A stretch of DNA of 64,000 nucleotides from the NCBI GenBank assembly GCA_035548415.1, contig DASZTA010000046.1, positions 27,480 to 91,479 on the forward strand. The letters are read 5' to 3'. This DNA is from Polyangiaceae bacterium (GTDB lineage Bacteria > Myxococcota_A > Polyangia > Polyangiales > Polyangiaceae). The position numbers and the translations under genes are program-made. This document shows, piece after piece, positions 8,103-20,200 of this stretch. The notes below the pieces were generated by a model that saw only the letters and a list, made by a program, of their open reading frames with translations, was not told the DNA's origin and ran no database searches. Numbering within the stretch: position 1 is the first letter of the stretch; every line of letters starts with the position of its first letter.

Positions 8103-9704
8103 CTATCTCGCTGGCACTGCCCTAGCATCGACCCAGTGCAGTGGGCCTCGGATAGCGGGCGCCACGCCCGTGGCGGTCGCTTCGGGTTCGCTGCCCGCCG
8201 TGAGCACGAAACCGCCGGCCGAAAGCGCCAGCGCGTGCCGTGGGCTGGCCAGCGCCGGCGCCTCCACATCGACGATCACGAACGGGCTGAGCAGCACGGT
8301 GGCGCCAGCCTGCAGTAAGTCCGGATTTTTGAGCACGCCATGAGCCAGGTGCTGCTCGGTCTTGGTCTGCGCATCGTAGCGGTACAGGTCGCTCTCGCGC
8401 CAGACGAGCGCCAGCGCCGCGCGCGTCGTGATCACGCGCGAGCCCCCCGCGAGCGGCAACAGCTCGCGCCGCTCGAGATCGACGAGGCCGGCTTCGCTGC
8501 CCGGATAGAGCGGTACGAGGCGGGTACCCACGACGGCCGCGCGATCCGTCGAAGTCTCGTAGAGCTCGCTCTGCAAATCTTTGGCGAAGCCCGCGCCGAA
8601 TAACCAGACCTGGCGCTTGCCGGTGGGCGGTGGCGGCGGCTTACCCTTCTTGAGTGGCGGCGGCGGTGGCGTACAGGCCGTGAGCACCAGCTCGCGCTCG
8701 GCGTCCGCGAAGAGCACGCGGCCGGCGCAGCTGGCGGGAGCCAGCGGCGTGCGCTTACCGTGTTGGTCCAGCTTCAGAGCGCCGTCACTCTCGCGCACGA
8801 GCAGGCTGCGGCCGAGCGGCGTCACTAGCTCGGGCACGTCGCGCAAGCTGCCGTCGGCCAGGGTGAGCACGGCTCGGGTGAGCGCGTCGCCGCGACCCTG
8901 ATAGCCAAAGCTGCGGAATTTCGGCAATCCGGGCTTGGCGCATGGGCTGGGTCGCGCGGTGTCCTCGGGCGCGGGCCAATCGAGCTTGCCGTTCTTGTTC
9001 GAGTCTTCGCGCAGGGCGTCGAAGCTCACGTAGCGTCCATCGGCGCTGAGCTCGAGCCGATACACGTCGCCGGCGCCCACCGCAAAGCTCTGTTCCGCGC
9101 CGCTTTCGAGCTCGCGCACTACGATCGAGCGTGCGCTGCCTTGCTGGCGTAGGTAGGCAAACGAGCGCGCGGCCGCGTCGAAGCTGAGCGTGCGGTGCTC
9201 GGCGTAGTCGGCGCGTGCGCGGCGGACGTCGGCGCCCAGCTCCGACAGGTTCACCCGCGTCCCCTGCGCGGTATCGATGAGCAGGGCCGCCCCCTCTTTC
9301 GCGACGACGACGTAACGGCCGGTTGCGTCGCGCGCGAGCAGATCTTCGATCGGCTCACCCGTGCCTGAGCCGAGCACGAGCGTCGGCGTCGTGCTGCCGG
9401 CGTTGCACAGCGCGACCCAACCGCCGCTGGCGGACGTAGCGACCACGCGCAGCTCTGCGGATGTACCGATGTCGCCGAGTGACACCGCGGGCAGGCTCGG
9501 GGGCGCCGTTGACGTGCTGGGGGCCGCGGGAACGGGAACGGGAGCGGCGCTGGCGCTCACCGCAGGCGGCGCCGGGGCAGTAGCGCCGGTGACGCCCGGG
9601 ATTGCCGTAGAAACGCGGGGCAACTCCGGCACCGGGGCGAGCGGCGCCCGGCCGGCGCAAGCCACGAGCAGGGTGACCGAAACCCAAGCTGCCGCGAACC
9701 GCAC
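8103..9704 (-). CDS. Lipoprotein with probable beta-propeller (TolB-like) domain
   Basis: GTG start, lipobox LVAC, Pro/Ala linker, repeats such as LSFDAAARSFAYL and LELSADGRYVSF, DxNxxG loop (DSNKNGKLD). Confidence 0.7.
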   Translation of the reverse strand: MRFAAAWVSVTLLVACAGRAPLAPVPELPRVSTAIPGVTGATAPAPPAVSASAAPVPVPAAPSTSTAPPSLPAVSLGDIGTSAELRVVATSASGGWVALCNAGSTTPTLVLGSGTGEPIEDLLARDATGRYVVVAKEGAALLIDTAQGTRVNLSELGADVRRARADYAEHRTLSFDAAARSFAYLRQQGSARSIVVRELESGAEQSFAVGAGDVYRLELSADGRYVSFDALREDSNKNGKLDWPAPEDTARPSPCAKPGLPKFRSFGYQGRGDALTRAVLTLADGSLRDVPELVTPLGRSLLVRESDGALKLDQHGKRTPLAPASCAGRVLFADAERELVLTACTPPPPPLKKGKPPPPPTGKRQVWLFGAGFAKDLQSELYETSTDRAAVVGTRLVPLYPGSEAGLVDLERRELLPLAGGSRVITTRAALALVWRESDLYRYDAQTKTEQHLAHGVLKNPDLLQAGATVLLSPFVIVDVEAPALASPRHALALSAGGFVLTAGSEPEATATGVAPAIRGPLHWVDARAVPAR

Positions 9705-9706
9705 CT

Positions 9707-10639
9707 TCAGCCCTTGGTGCGACGCAGCTCTTCGCGCGGGGGCTGTGCGCGTTCTTCGCTGCCGTCTGCCGGCGTGCGTGGCGCTACGGGCTGCACTTCT
9801 GAGGTGCGATCGGCGAGGGGACGTTCGCTCGGCGGGCGGTCACTGGGGGTGCGCGCCGCTACGGGTTGCACGTCCGACGTGCGTTGATCGACCGAGGGCT
9901 GCGATTGCCGATAAGAGGTGGGCACTGGTGTCGTGCGCGGGACGTAAGGCGGCTTGTGAGAGCCGAGGATACGCTCGACCTCTTGGCTCAGCGATGGCGG
10001 CCGGAACGAGTGCGCCGGGCGGCGCACCGAGGTGGGCGGCGGCTCTGAATCCGCGCGTGGCTGTGAGGTGTTGCGCTGGTATTGCACCGTCAGGGTGGCG
10101 CGGTCAGCGTGTGAATCGCTCGTGAGCTTCAGGCCGTCGCCCTCGCGCGCGGCGCGCTCGGCGGCGTTGAGCGAGCCGATGGCGAGGTGGCGCAACACGC
10201 GCGTGGCGCGTGGGCGGCCCATCACTCCGACCGTGAGCGTGAAGCCCAAGTCGGTGCGCCTGAGCTCGAACAAGGTGGGCGTGTCGACGAAGGGGTGGTC
10301 CAGGAACGCCTGCAGGCGCGCGACCGTGCCGTGAAGATCACCGAACTTGGCGACCCCACCCTGGCCCAGCGCGCGCGCGGCCAGCTCTTGCCCGATGCCT
10401 TCGAGCACCTTGCCGTTGCCATCGCCCACGAGGCTGTCGATGAAGAGCAGCAGCTCCTCGCCATCGTCGAGCAGGATGGTGTCGAGCGCGGCGCTCGCGC
10501 GCAGTCTGTCGAGCGAGGCGTGAGGAAGAAGGCGACGCGGTACTTTTTCAGTGAGAAGCGCGAGCGAGGCGGCGCCGTGCAGGCGCTCGAGCGCCTCCAG
10601 CACACCTCGCAAAAACCAGCTTCTCAGACGATGCGTCAA
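9707..10639 (-). CDS. Hypothetical protein: globular N-terminus (possibly V4R/H-NOX-like) plus Pro/Arg-rich tail
   Basis: 310-aa ORF abutting the next gene; tail contains a duplicated RTS(D/E)VQPVA(A/P)RTP unit. Confidence 0.7.
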   Translation of the reverse strand: MTHRLRSWFLRGVLEALERLHGAASLALLTEKVPRRLLPHASLDRLRASAALDTILLDDGEELLLFIDSLVGDGNGKVLEGIGQELAARALGQGGVAKFGDLHGTVARLQAFLDHPFVDTPTLFELRRTDLGFTLTVGVMGRPRATRVLRHLAIGSLNAAERAAREGDGLKLTSDSHADRATLTVQYQRNTSQPRADSEPPPTSVRRPAHSFRPPSLSQEVERILGSHKPPYVPRTTPVPTSYRQSQPSVDQRTSDVQPVAARTPSDRPPSERPLADRTSEVQPVAPRTPADGSEERAQPPREELRRTKG

Positions 10640-10900
10640 GCTTCCTCGTCCCCTCTTCGAAACCCGGAGAACAAGTTACCTCGATCAGGCTCGCGGCGCG
10701 AGCACGATGTGGGTGTATCTACTCTATTGTATCCATGCCCCTCACGCCACATCTCGTTGCCTGTATGCGAGGGCACTACTCGCATGTCCGGGTGAGTGTC
10801 GATGGATCGTACAAAAACGCTGTTGCGTTCTCGTTTACTTGTATCGCGCACTGCGTCAGTGCGAGTCCTTAGGGACTTCGAATGATTTGCTCGAAGAGCC

Positions 10901-12100
10901 TCAGGCCTTGTCCAAGGCGCTCAGCAGATCTTGTACGAGGTCGCTCGTTTCTTCGATGCCGACCGACAATCGTATCAAAGCGGGATCGATCCCGATCTTG
11001 GACAAGTCTTCGTCCGTCAGCTCGAAGAAGCTCATGATCGCTGGCTGCTCGATCAAACTTTCGACGCCGCCGAGCGAGGCCGCGATCTGAGGGATGCGCG
11101 CGGCGTCCACCACGCGTGACGCTGCTGCGCGGCCCCCGCGAACCACGAAGCTCACCACGGCACCACCGCCGCTCATCTGCGTGGTGGCGATGGGAAAGGA
11201 TGGATGGCTTTCCAGCCACGGGTAGTGCACGCGCTCGACCTTGGGATGGCGCTCGAGCTCGCGCGCCAGCGCCAGCGCGCTCTGATTCTGACGAGCCACA
11301 CGCAGGGCGAGTGTCTTCATGCCTCGCATGATCAAGAACGCGGCGTGCGGATCGAGCACCGAGCCGACGATGCCGCGCGTGTCACGCAGCAGCGAGATGA
11401 TGTGCGAAGGCCCGGCCACCACGCCGCCAAGCACGTCATTGTGGCCCGATAGGTACTTGGTGGCGCTGTGCAAGACGAGATCGATTCCCAGCGACAGCGG
11501 CAGCGAGTTGACGGGCGTCGCGAAGGTGGAGTCCACCAGTGTGCGGATGCGCCCCTTCGACTTGACGATGGACGTGAGCTTCTCGAGATCGACGCAGAAG
11601 TTGAGCGGGTTGGTCGGCGACTCGGTCACTACCAGGCGTGTGTTCGGCTTGATGGCGGCCTCCATCGCGACCAGATCGCCGGCGTCGACCACCGTGTGCT
11701 CGATGCCGAAACGCAGCAACGTTTGCGTCACGAGTTGGCGCGTGCGCCGGTAGCAGTCACGAAACAGCACGACGTGATCGCCCGCCTTGAGCAAGGCGAG
11801 CAGGGCGGTGCTGGTCGCTGCCATGCCACTGCTGAACGCGACCGCGTCTTCCGCACCTTCGAGCGCTGCCACGCGACGCTCGAGCTCACGCACCGTCGGG
11901 TTGCCGTAGCGACCGTATTCTTCGCGCTCGGGATCCGGATCCTCACCGCGCATGTAGCGCTCGAGCGTGGCGGTGTTCTCGAACGTGTAGGTGGCCGTTT
12001 GAGCGATGGACGGGGTGAGGGTGTGGTGCGCACGCCCGCGTTCGATACCGGCGTGCACGGCGTCGGTGGACGTCGTCGATTTGTGTTTGGGGTCGCTCAT
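10901..12100 (-). CDS. Cys/Met metabolism PLP enzyme (cystathionine gamma-synthase / MetB family)
   Basis: YGRYGNPT, FSSGMAA, ESPTNP, VDSTFATP, PLP lysine motif HSATKYLSGHNDV, SLGGVESL; ATG 12100 overlaps the proS stop (ATGA). Confidence 0.93.
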   Translation of the reverse strand: MSDPKHKSTTSTDAVHAGIERGRAHHTLTPSIAQTATYTFENTATLERYMRGEDPDPEREEYGRYGNPTVRELERRVAALEGAEDAVAFSSGMAATSTALLALLKAGDHVVLFRDCYRRTRQLVTQTLLRFGIEHTVVDAGDLVAMEAAIKPNTRLVVTESPTNPLNFCVDLEKLTSIVKSKGRIRTLVDSTFATPVNSLPLSLGIDLVLHSATKYLSGHNDVLGGVVAGPSHIISLLRDTRGIVGSVLDPHAAFLIMRGMKTLALRVARQNQSALALARELERHPKVERVHYPWLESHPSFPIATTQMSGGGAVVSFVVRGGRAAASRVVDAARIPQIAASLGGVESLIEQPAIMSFFELTDEDLSKIGIDPALIRLSVGIEETSDLVQDLLSALDKA

Positions 12101-13833
12101 GCTGCCTGGCTGGGCGAGGGCAGCGCCCGCTGCACCAGCTCCAAAATGTGCGTCGCGGCTTGTTCGAGCGTGACGACGCTGGTCTTTTTCGGGTCGCGCT
12201 CGGTGCGCCACTTCAGCTCCACACCGCCGCTCTCGAGGGATTTCTTGCCGATGGTGACTCGCAGCGGCACCCCCAACAGGTCGGCGTCTTTGAACTTCAC
12301 GCCGGGGCGCTCGTCGCGGTCGTCGACCAGCACCTCTACCCCCAGGGCCTCGAGCTCGCGCTCGAGCCGAGCTACGGCCTGGGCCACTTGCGGCTCCGAG
12401 CCCAGCTGCACGAGGGCCACCTGAAACGGCGCTACCGCCATCGGGAACATCATACCGTCGGCGTCGTGGTGCTGCTCGACCAGCGCCGCGAGCAGGCGCG
12501 AGATGCCGATGCCGTAGCAGCCCATCACCAGCGGCCGCGGGGTGCCCTGCTCGTCCAGGTACGTGGCGCCCATGGCTTGCGAGTACTTGGTGCCGAGCAA
12601 GAAGATGTGCCCGACCTCGATGCCTCGAAACAGCTTGAGCGACGCGCCGCACTCCGGGCACAGATCGCCGTCGACCACGCTGCGGATATCCGCCAGCTGC
12701 CCGTCGAAGTCGCGGCCGTAGGCCACGTGTAGCAAGTGGTAGTCGGTTTCGTTCGCGCCCGTGACGCCGTCAGCCACGCTGGCCGCGTCGCGATCCACCA
12801 CCACTTTGCCGGCGAACCCGACTGGGCCTGCATAACCGACGGCCGCGCCCGTGACGCGCTGCACTTCTTCGGCGCCTGCGAGCTTCACCTCGTCCACGCC
12901 CAGCGCGCGGGCGAGCTTCACCTCGTTCACCTCGTGGTCGCCACGCACGATCGCCAACACCAGGTCGGTGCCGGCTGCGTACACCAGGCTCTTGAGGAAG
13001 CTGGTGATGGGTAGTCCGGTGAGCTGCACCACTTGCGCGATGCCGCCGTGCCCGGGCGTGTGCAGCCGCTCGCGCGGCAAGAGCTCGCCCAAGGCGGGGC
13101 CGCGGCGCGGGTAGGGTGGGCTAGTCGCTACCTCGAGATTGGCTGCGTAAGGGCACTGCAGGCACGCCGCCAGCTCATCCTCCCCGCTTTGCACCAGCAC
13201 CTGGAACTCTTCGCTACGGGTGCCGCCGATCGAGCCGCCGTCGGCGTTCACGATGCGAAACTCGAAGCCCAGGCGCTCGAAGATGCGTTGGTAGGCGGCG
13301 CGCATGGCGGCGTAGCTTTCTTGCGCCTTCTGCTCGTCCGCATCGAACGAGTAGGCGTCCTTCATGATGAACTCACGGCCGCGGAGTAGGCCGCCGCGCG
13401 GACGCGGCTCATCGCGAAACTTGGTCTGAATCTGATACAGATTCTTGGGCAAGTCGCGGTAACTCTTGAGCTCGCGGCGCGCGAGGTCGGTGATGATCTC
13501 TTCGTGGGTGGGCCCCAGGTGGTAGTCGCCGCCCTTGCGATCCTTGAGGCGCAACAGGACATCGCCATAAGCGTCCCAGCGCCCGGTCTCGCGAAAATAC
13601 TCGGCCGGTAGCAGCGCCGGCAGGAGCAGCTCTTGCGCTCCCGCCCGGTCCAGCTCGCCGCGCACGATGTTTTCGATCTTGCGCAGCACGCGCAGGCCCA
13701 GCGGCAGATAAGAATAGATGCCGGCTCCGACCCGCCGTGCGTAGCCGGCCCGCAACAGGAGCACATGGCTCACGCTGGTGGCGTCCGAAGGGGCCTCCTT
13801 CAGGGTCGGGATCAAGGCGCGCGCGTAACGCAT
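12097..13833 (-). CDS. proS: Proline--tRNA ligase (bacterial type with INS editing domain)
   Basis: Starts MRYARALIPTLKEAP; LGPTHEE, YQIQTKFRDEPRPRGGLLRGREFIMKDAYSF, GIEVGHIFLLGTKYS, MGCYGIG, PGVKFKDADLLG. Confidence 0.98.
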   Translation of the reverse strand: MRYARALIPTLKEAPSDATSVSHVLLLRAGYARRVGAGIYSYLPLGLRVLRKIENIVRGELDRAGAQELLLPALLPAEYFRETGRWDAYGDVLLRLKDRKGGDYHLGPTHEEIITDLARRELKSYRDLPKNLYQIQTKFRDEPRPRGGLLRGREFIMKDAYSFDADEQKAQESYAAMRAAYQRIFERLGFEFRIVNADGGSIGGTRSEEFQVLVQSGEDELAACLQCPYAANLEVATSPPYPRRGPALGELLPRERLHTPGHGGIAQVVQLTGLPITSFLKSLVYAAGTDLVLAIVRGDHEVNEVKLARALGVDEVKLAGAEEVQRVTGAAVGYAGPVGFAGKVVVDRDAASVADGVTGANETDYHLLHVAYGRDFDGQLADIRSVVDGDLCPECGASLKLFRGIEVGHIFLLGTKYSQAMGATYLDEQGTPRPLVMGCYGIGISRLLAALVEQHHDADGMMFPMAVAPFQVALVQLGSEPQVAQAVARLERELEALGVEVLVDDRDERPGVKFKDADLLGVPLRVTIGKKSLESGGVELKWRTERDPKKTSVVTLEQAATHILELVQRALPSPSQAA

Positions 13834-13989
13834 CCGTGTGGAGGGGCGTCCTAGCATGGGTGCGCTCAAAAGCTGTAAAGTCTTGTAATTATGATGGGTT
13901 GAGGCTATCGAGCGGGGCGCTGGCCGGGTGGGTTTGGGGTATTCCCCAGTTGTCGCACCGGAAAATGGGAGTATGGTCCCTGACCCCCC

Positions 13990-16236
<2,247 letters not shown>

Positions 16237-16249
16237 TTCGAGCACGCAG

Positions 16250-16825
16250 ATGAAATCCGAAAAGCTTCAGATCAAGTTCTTTGCCAAGCCGAACGGCCAC
16301 TTCGAGCTCGAGACGGTGGTGCCGGTGTTTCACCGCTTCATCCGCGAGCAGCTGTTCGACGAGCTGATGATCGACGTGGCGGACTACAAGCACGTGCACA
16401 ACGGCCCCGGCGTGGTGCTGGTCGGCGACGCCAACGACTACTACCTGGACCAGGGCGGGGGTCGCAGCGGGCTCTTGTTCAGTCGCAAGCGTCACGGCTC
16501 GGGCCCGGAAGGCCGAGTGCGTGAAGGCTTCGCGCGTGCGCTCAAGGCCTGCTCGCTGCTGGAAGCCGCGCCCGAGCTGAGCGGTAAGCTGACGTTTGCC
16601 ACCGACGAGGTGCTGATTCGCTTGCCCGATCGGCTACGCGCGACGAACGACGACGCCGGTTTCGCGGAGGCTTCGCGCGACGTGTCCCCGTCGCTCGACA
16701 AGCTGTACGGTGCTGGTAATTACGCCATCGAGCGTGGCCCGGCTGCGCCCGAGCCACTTTCGCTACGGGTGAAAGCCAAGAGCGCCCCGGCGCTCTCTGC
16801 GATGCTGGCCGCCCTCGGCGGCTGA
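16250..16825 (+). CDS. Hypothetical protein co-transcribed with the reductase
   Basis: ATG 13 nt after the reductase stop, typical codon usage, DVADYKHV..GPGVVL motif. Confidence 0.8.
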   Translation: MKSEKLQIKFFAKPNGHFELETVVPVFHRFIREQLFDELMIDVADYKHVHNGPGVVLVGDANDYYLDQGGGRSGLLFSRKRHGSGPEGRVREGFARALKACSLLEAAPELSGKLTFATDEVLIRLPDRLRATNDDAGFAEASRDVSPSLDKLYGAGNYAIERGPAAPEPLSLRVKAKSAPALSAMLAALGG

Positions 16826-16845
16826 AGGGCCAACGAAGGCGGTCT

Positions 16846-17020
16846 CGAAGCGGCACGACCGCTGTTGAGCTCTGCTTCGCGCCTGGCGATCGCCAGGCGC
16901 ATCTCCTTTGGATCGCTAGAAGTTCTTACGAATGGACGAATTCGCGTGGACGCTCGACGCGCTTCGCGGGCTCTACGTGCCATCGCGAGTGCGCGAAACT
17001 TCAGACGAACGTAAGAACCT
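16846..17020. repeat. Mosaic intergenic repeat, copy A (shares modules with 55677-55865)
   Basis: CGAAGCGGC (16846-16854), GAGCTCTGCTTCG (16867-16879) and two inverted A(A/G)GTTCTTACG-containing 24-mers (16920-16943 +, 16997-17020 -). Confidence 0.6.
16879..16900 (+). terminator. 22-bp perfect palindrome GCGCCTGGCGATCGCCAGGCGC, possible terminator of the reductase operon
   Basis: Self-complementary, 53 nt after the stop, followed by ATCTCCTTT. Confidence 0.4.
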
Positions 17021-17247
17021 TTGGCGAGCGTGACAGGTCGCCGAGGCGCTCAATCGTCTTGCTGCCAATCCGGAAACCGTCCCGTCTCCCGCCCAACTCC
17101 CGCCGAGCGAGCTCCCGTCGAGATGGCGAGCCGTTGTTGCCCTGAGAGTTTGTAGATTCGCGTACTTGCGCGCGCTCTCGTGAACGGTGCGCGGTCGTGA
17201 GCAGTTCGGGCCAGCAGCGACGGCCCGAATCGTGTTAGTCATGCTCG

Positions 17248-20200
17248 ATGCCGTGGTACGGGCTAGTGGCTTGGGGGCGCAAGCGCTGGACGAGCGCGCG
17301 CGGACGTTTCTTTCTGGTCGCTGCCCTGGGCGTGCTGACGGCCCCTGGTTGCGGCACGGGTGAGGGGCGCAAACAAGCCGTCGAGTGTCATACGGATGAT
17401 GACTGCGACGACTCCGAGCTCGGAGTTTGCGAGACGGCGGCCTGCGTCGACAACGCCTGCAAGATCGACACGAAGCCCGACGGGCACCGCTGCAACGACG
17501 AAGACCCGCTCACCGGCGACGACGCCTGCCTCGACGGCATTTGCGCCGGCGTAGTCAAGACCTGCGACGACGACTTGGGGCCCTGTCTCAAGGCCGTTCA
17601 CGACTCCGAGACCGACGAGTGCACCGTCGAGCCGGTGGAAGACGGCGTGAAGTGCGATGACGCGGATGCTTGCACCCAGCTGGACACTTGCCAGGCGGGC
17701 GCCTGCGTCGGCAGCGAGCCCAAGACCTGTGACGCTTCCGACCAATGCCACGTCGCTGGCAAGTGCGACCCCGAGTCCGGGGAGTGCAGCGACGAGCAGG
17801 CGGCTGACGACGGGACGCCCTGCGACGATGCCCAGGCCTGCACCTCCAACGACGTGTGCACCAAGGGCACCTGCGGGGGCGAAGCCGTGGTCTGCGACGA
17901 CGGCCTGGCGTGCTCGAAGGACAGCTGCGACGAAAAGAGCGGCGCCTGCGAGGCCGACATGTCCGGCTGCGCCTGTGATAACGACGGCGATTGCGACGAC
18001 CACAACGCCTGCAACGGCGCAGAGGTGTGCGGCGCGGGCAACCTGTGTCAGCTCGGCACTGCGGTCGTTTGCCCGACCAGCGCCGACCCGTGCCTGAGCA
18101 ACGTGTGCGTGCCCGAAACGGGCGAGTGCGCGCCCGAGCCGGTGACAGACGGCACGGCGTGTAACGACGCCAATTCGTGCACGGCGCGCGACAGCTGCGT
18201 GGACGGCAAGTGCGTGGGCAGGAGCCCGGTGGTGTGTACGGCCCTCAGCCAGTGCCACCTGGCCGGCAAGTGCGACCCGGTCACGGGCGCGTGCTCCAAC
18301 CCCGAAAAGCCCAACAAATCTGCCTGCAACGACGGCAACGCCTGTACCCAGATCGACACCTGCCAGGCCGGTGAATGCGTCGGCGCGGCGCCGGCTACCT
18401 GCGCGGCCATCGACCAGTGCCACGACATGGGCGTGTGCGACTCCGCTACCGGCATTTGCTCGAAGCCGCTCAAGCAAAACGGCGTCACTTGCGACGACCA
18501 GAACCCATGCACCGCGGGCGATGCCTGCTCGAACGGCGTCTGCACCCCGACCGCCCAGGTCACCTGCACGGCTCTCGATAGTTGTCACGCGGTGGGCACG
18601 TGCGACACGCAGACGGGCCTGTGCAGCAACCCCGCCAAGGCCGACGGCACGGTTTGTAACGATGGCTTGACCTGCACCACGCCGGACGTCTGCACGGCGG
18701 GCAAGTGCACCAGCACGGCCGTCAAGTGCGACGACGGCATCGCCTGCACCGTCGACAGCTGCTCGGAGAAGCTGGGTGGCTGCACCGCCAACGCACAAAA
18801 CTGCCCCTGCACGAGCGGCGCCGACTGCGACGATCAGAACCCGTGCAACGGCGTCGAGACGTGCAACTTGCAGACGTTGCAGTGCAAGCCCGGCACTCCG
18901 ATGGACTGCTCGTCGCTGAACGACGCCTGTAACGTGGGCAGCTGCAGCGCCGTCACCGGCCAATGCGTGCCGACGCCCAAAGCCAACGGCACTACTTGCG
19001 ACGATGGCAACAAGTGCACGTTGGGCTCGAGCTGCCAGGCCGGTGTTTGCAAGGGCCAAACTCCCGTCGTTTGCACGGCCAGCGATCAGTGCCACAGCGC
19101 CGGCTCTTGTGACCCGGCAACGGGTGCCTGCAGCAATCCGGCCAAGGCCAACGGTGTCACCTGCAACGACGGCAACGCCTGCACGCAGACGGACACCTGC
19201 CAGTCGGGTGTGTGCACCGGCTCGAACGCGGTGGTGTGCGCAGCCAGCGACCAGTGCCACAGCGCTGGCACTTGTGACACGGCCAGCGGCCTCTGCTCCA
19301 ACCCCGCCAAAAAGAACGGCAGCACGTGCGACGACAGCAGCGCCTGCACGCAGACAGACACCTGCCAGGGTGGCGTGTGCGTCGGCGCGAGCCCGGTGAC
19401 GTGCACCGCGAGCGACCAATGTCACTCGGCGGGCACTTGCGATCCGAAGGACGGTAGTTGCTCCAACCCCGCCAAGACGGACGGTAGCGCCTGCAACGAC
19501 GGCACCCTGTGTACGCAGACGGACACCTGCCAGAGCGGCGTGTGCACCGGCAGCAAGCCGGTCGTCTGCACCGTGAGCGACCAGTGCCACACCGCCGGTA
19601 CCTGCGACGGCGCGACTGGCACCTGTAGTAACCCCGCCAAGAAAGACGGCACGGCGTGTAACGACAGCAGCGCCTGCACCAAGACGGACACGTGCGTGTC
19701 CGGTGTCTGTACGGGCTCCGCGCCGGTGACGTGCACCGCGAGCGACCAATGTCACTCGGCCGGCACCTGCGATCCGAAGGACGGCACCTGCAGTAACCCG
19801 GCCAAGGCCGACGGCACGCTGTGCAACGACGGCAAGACCTGCACCAACGCCGACAAATGCACGGCCGGCGTGTGCGGCGGTGGCGCGATCACGTGCGACG
19901 ACAAGATCGCGTGCACCGTGGACAGCTGTGTAGAGCCGACCGGTTGTAAGTTCGACACCAGCAAATGCGGCTGCACGAGCGACGCGCAGTGCGACGACAA
20001 GAACTCCTGCAACGGCGTCGAGACGTGCGACCTGGGGACGCTGACGTGCAAGAACGGTACGGCCGTCAATTGCTCGAATCTGGACGATTCGTGCAACGTG
20101 GGCACGTGCGACGCGCTGACGGGCAGCTGTAAGGCCGTGCCGCGCATGGACGGCACGAGCTGCGACGACGGCGACGCCTGCACCAAGACCGACGCCTGCA

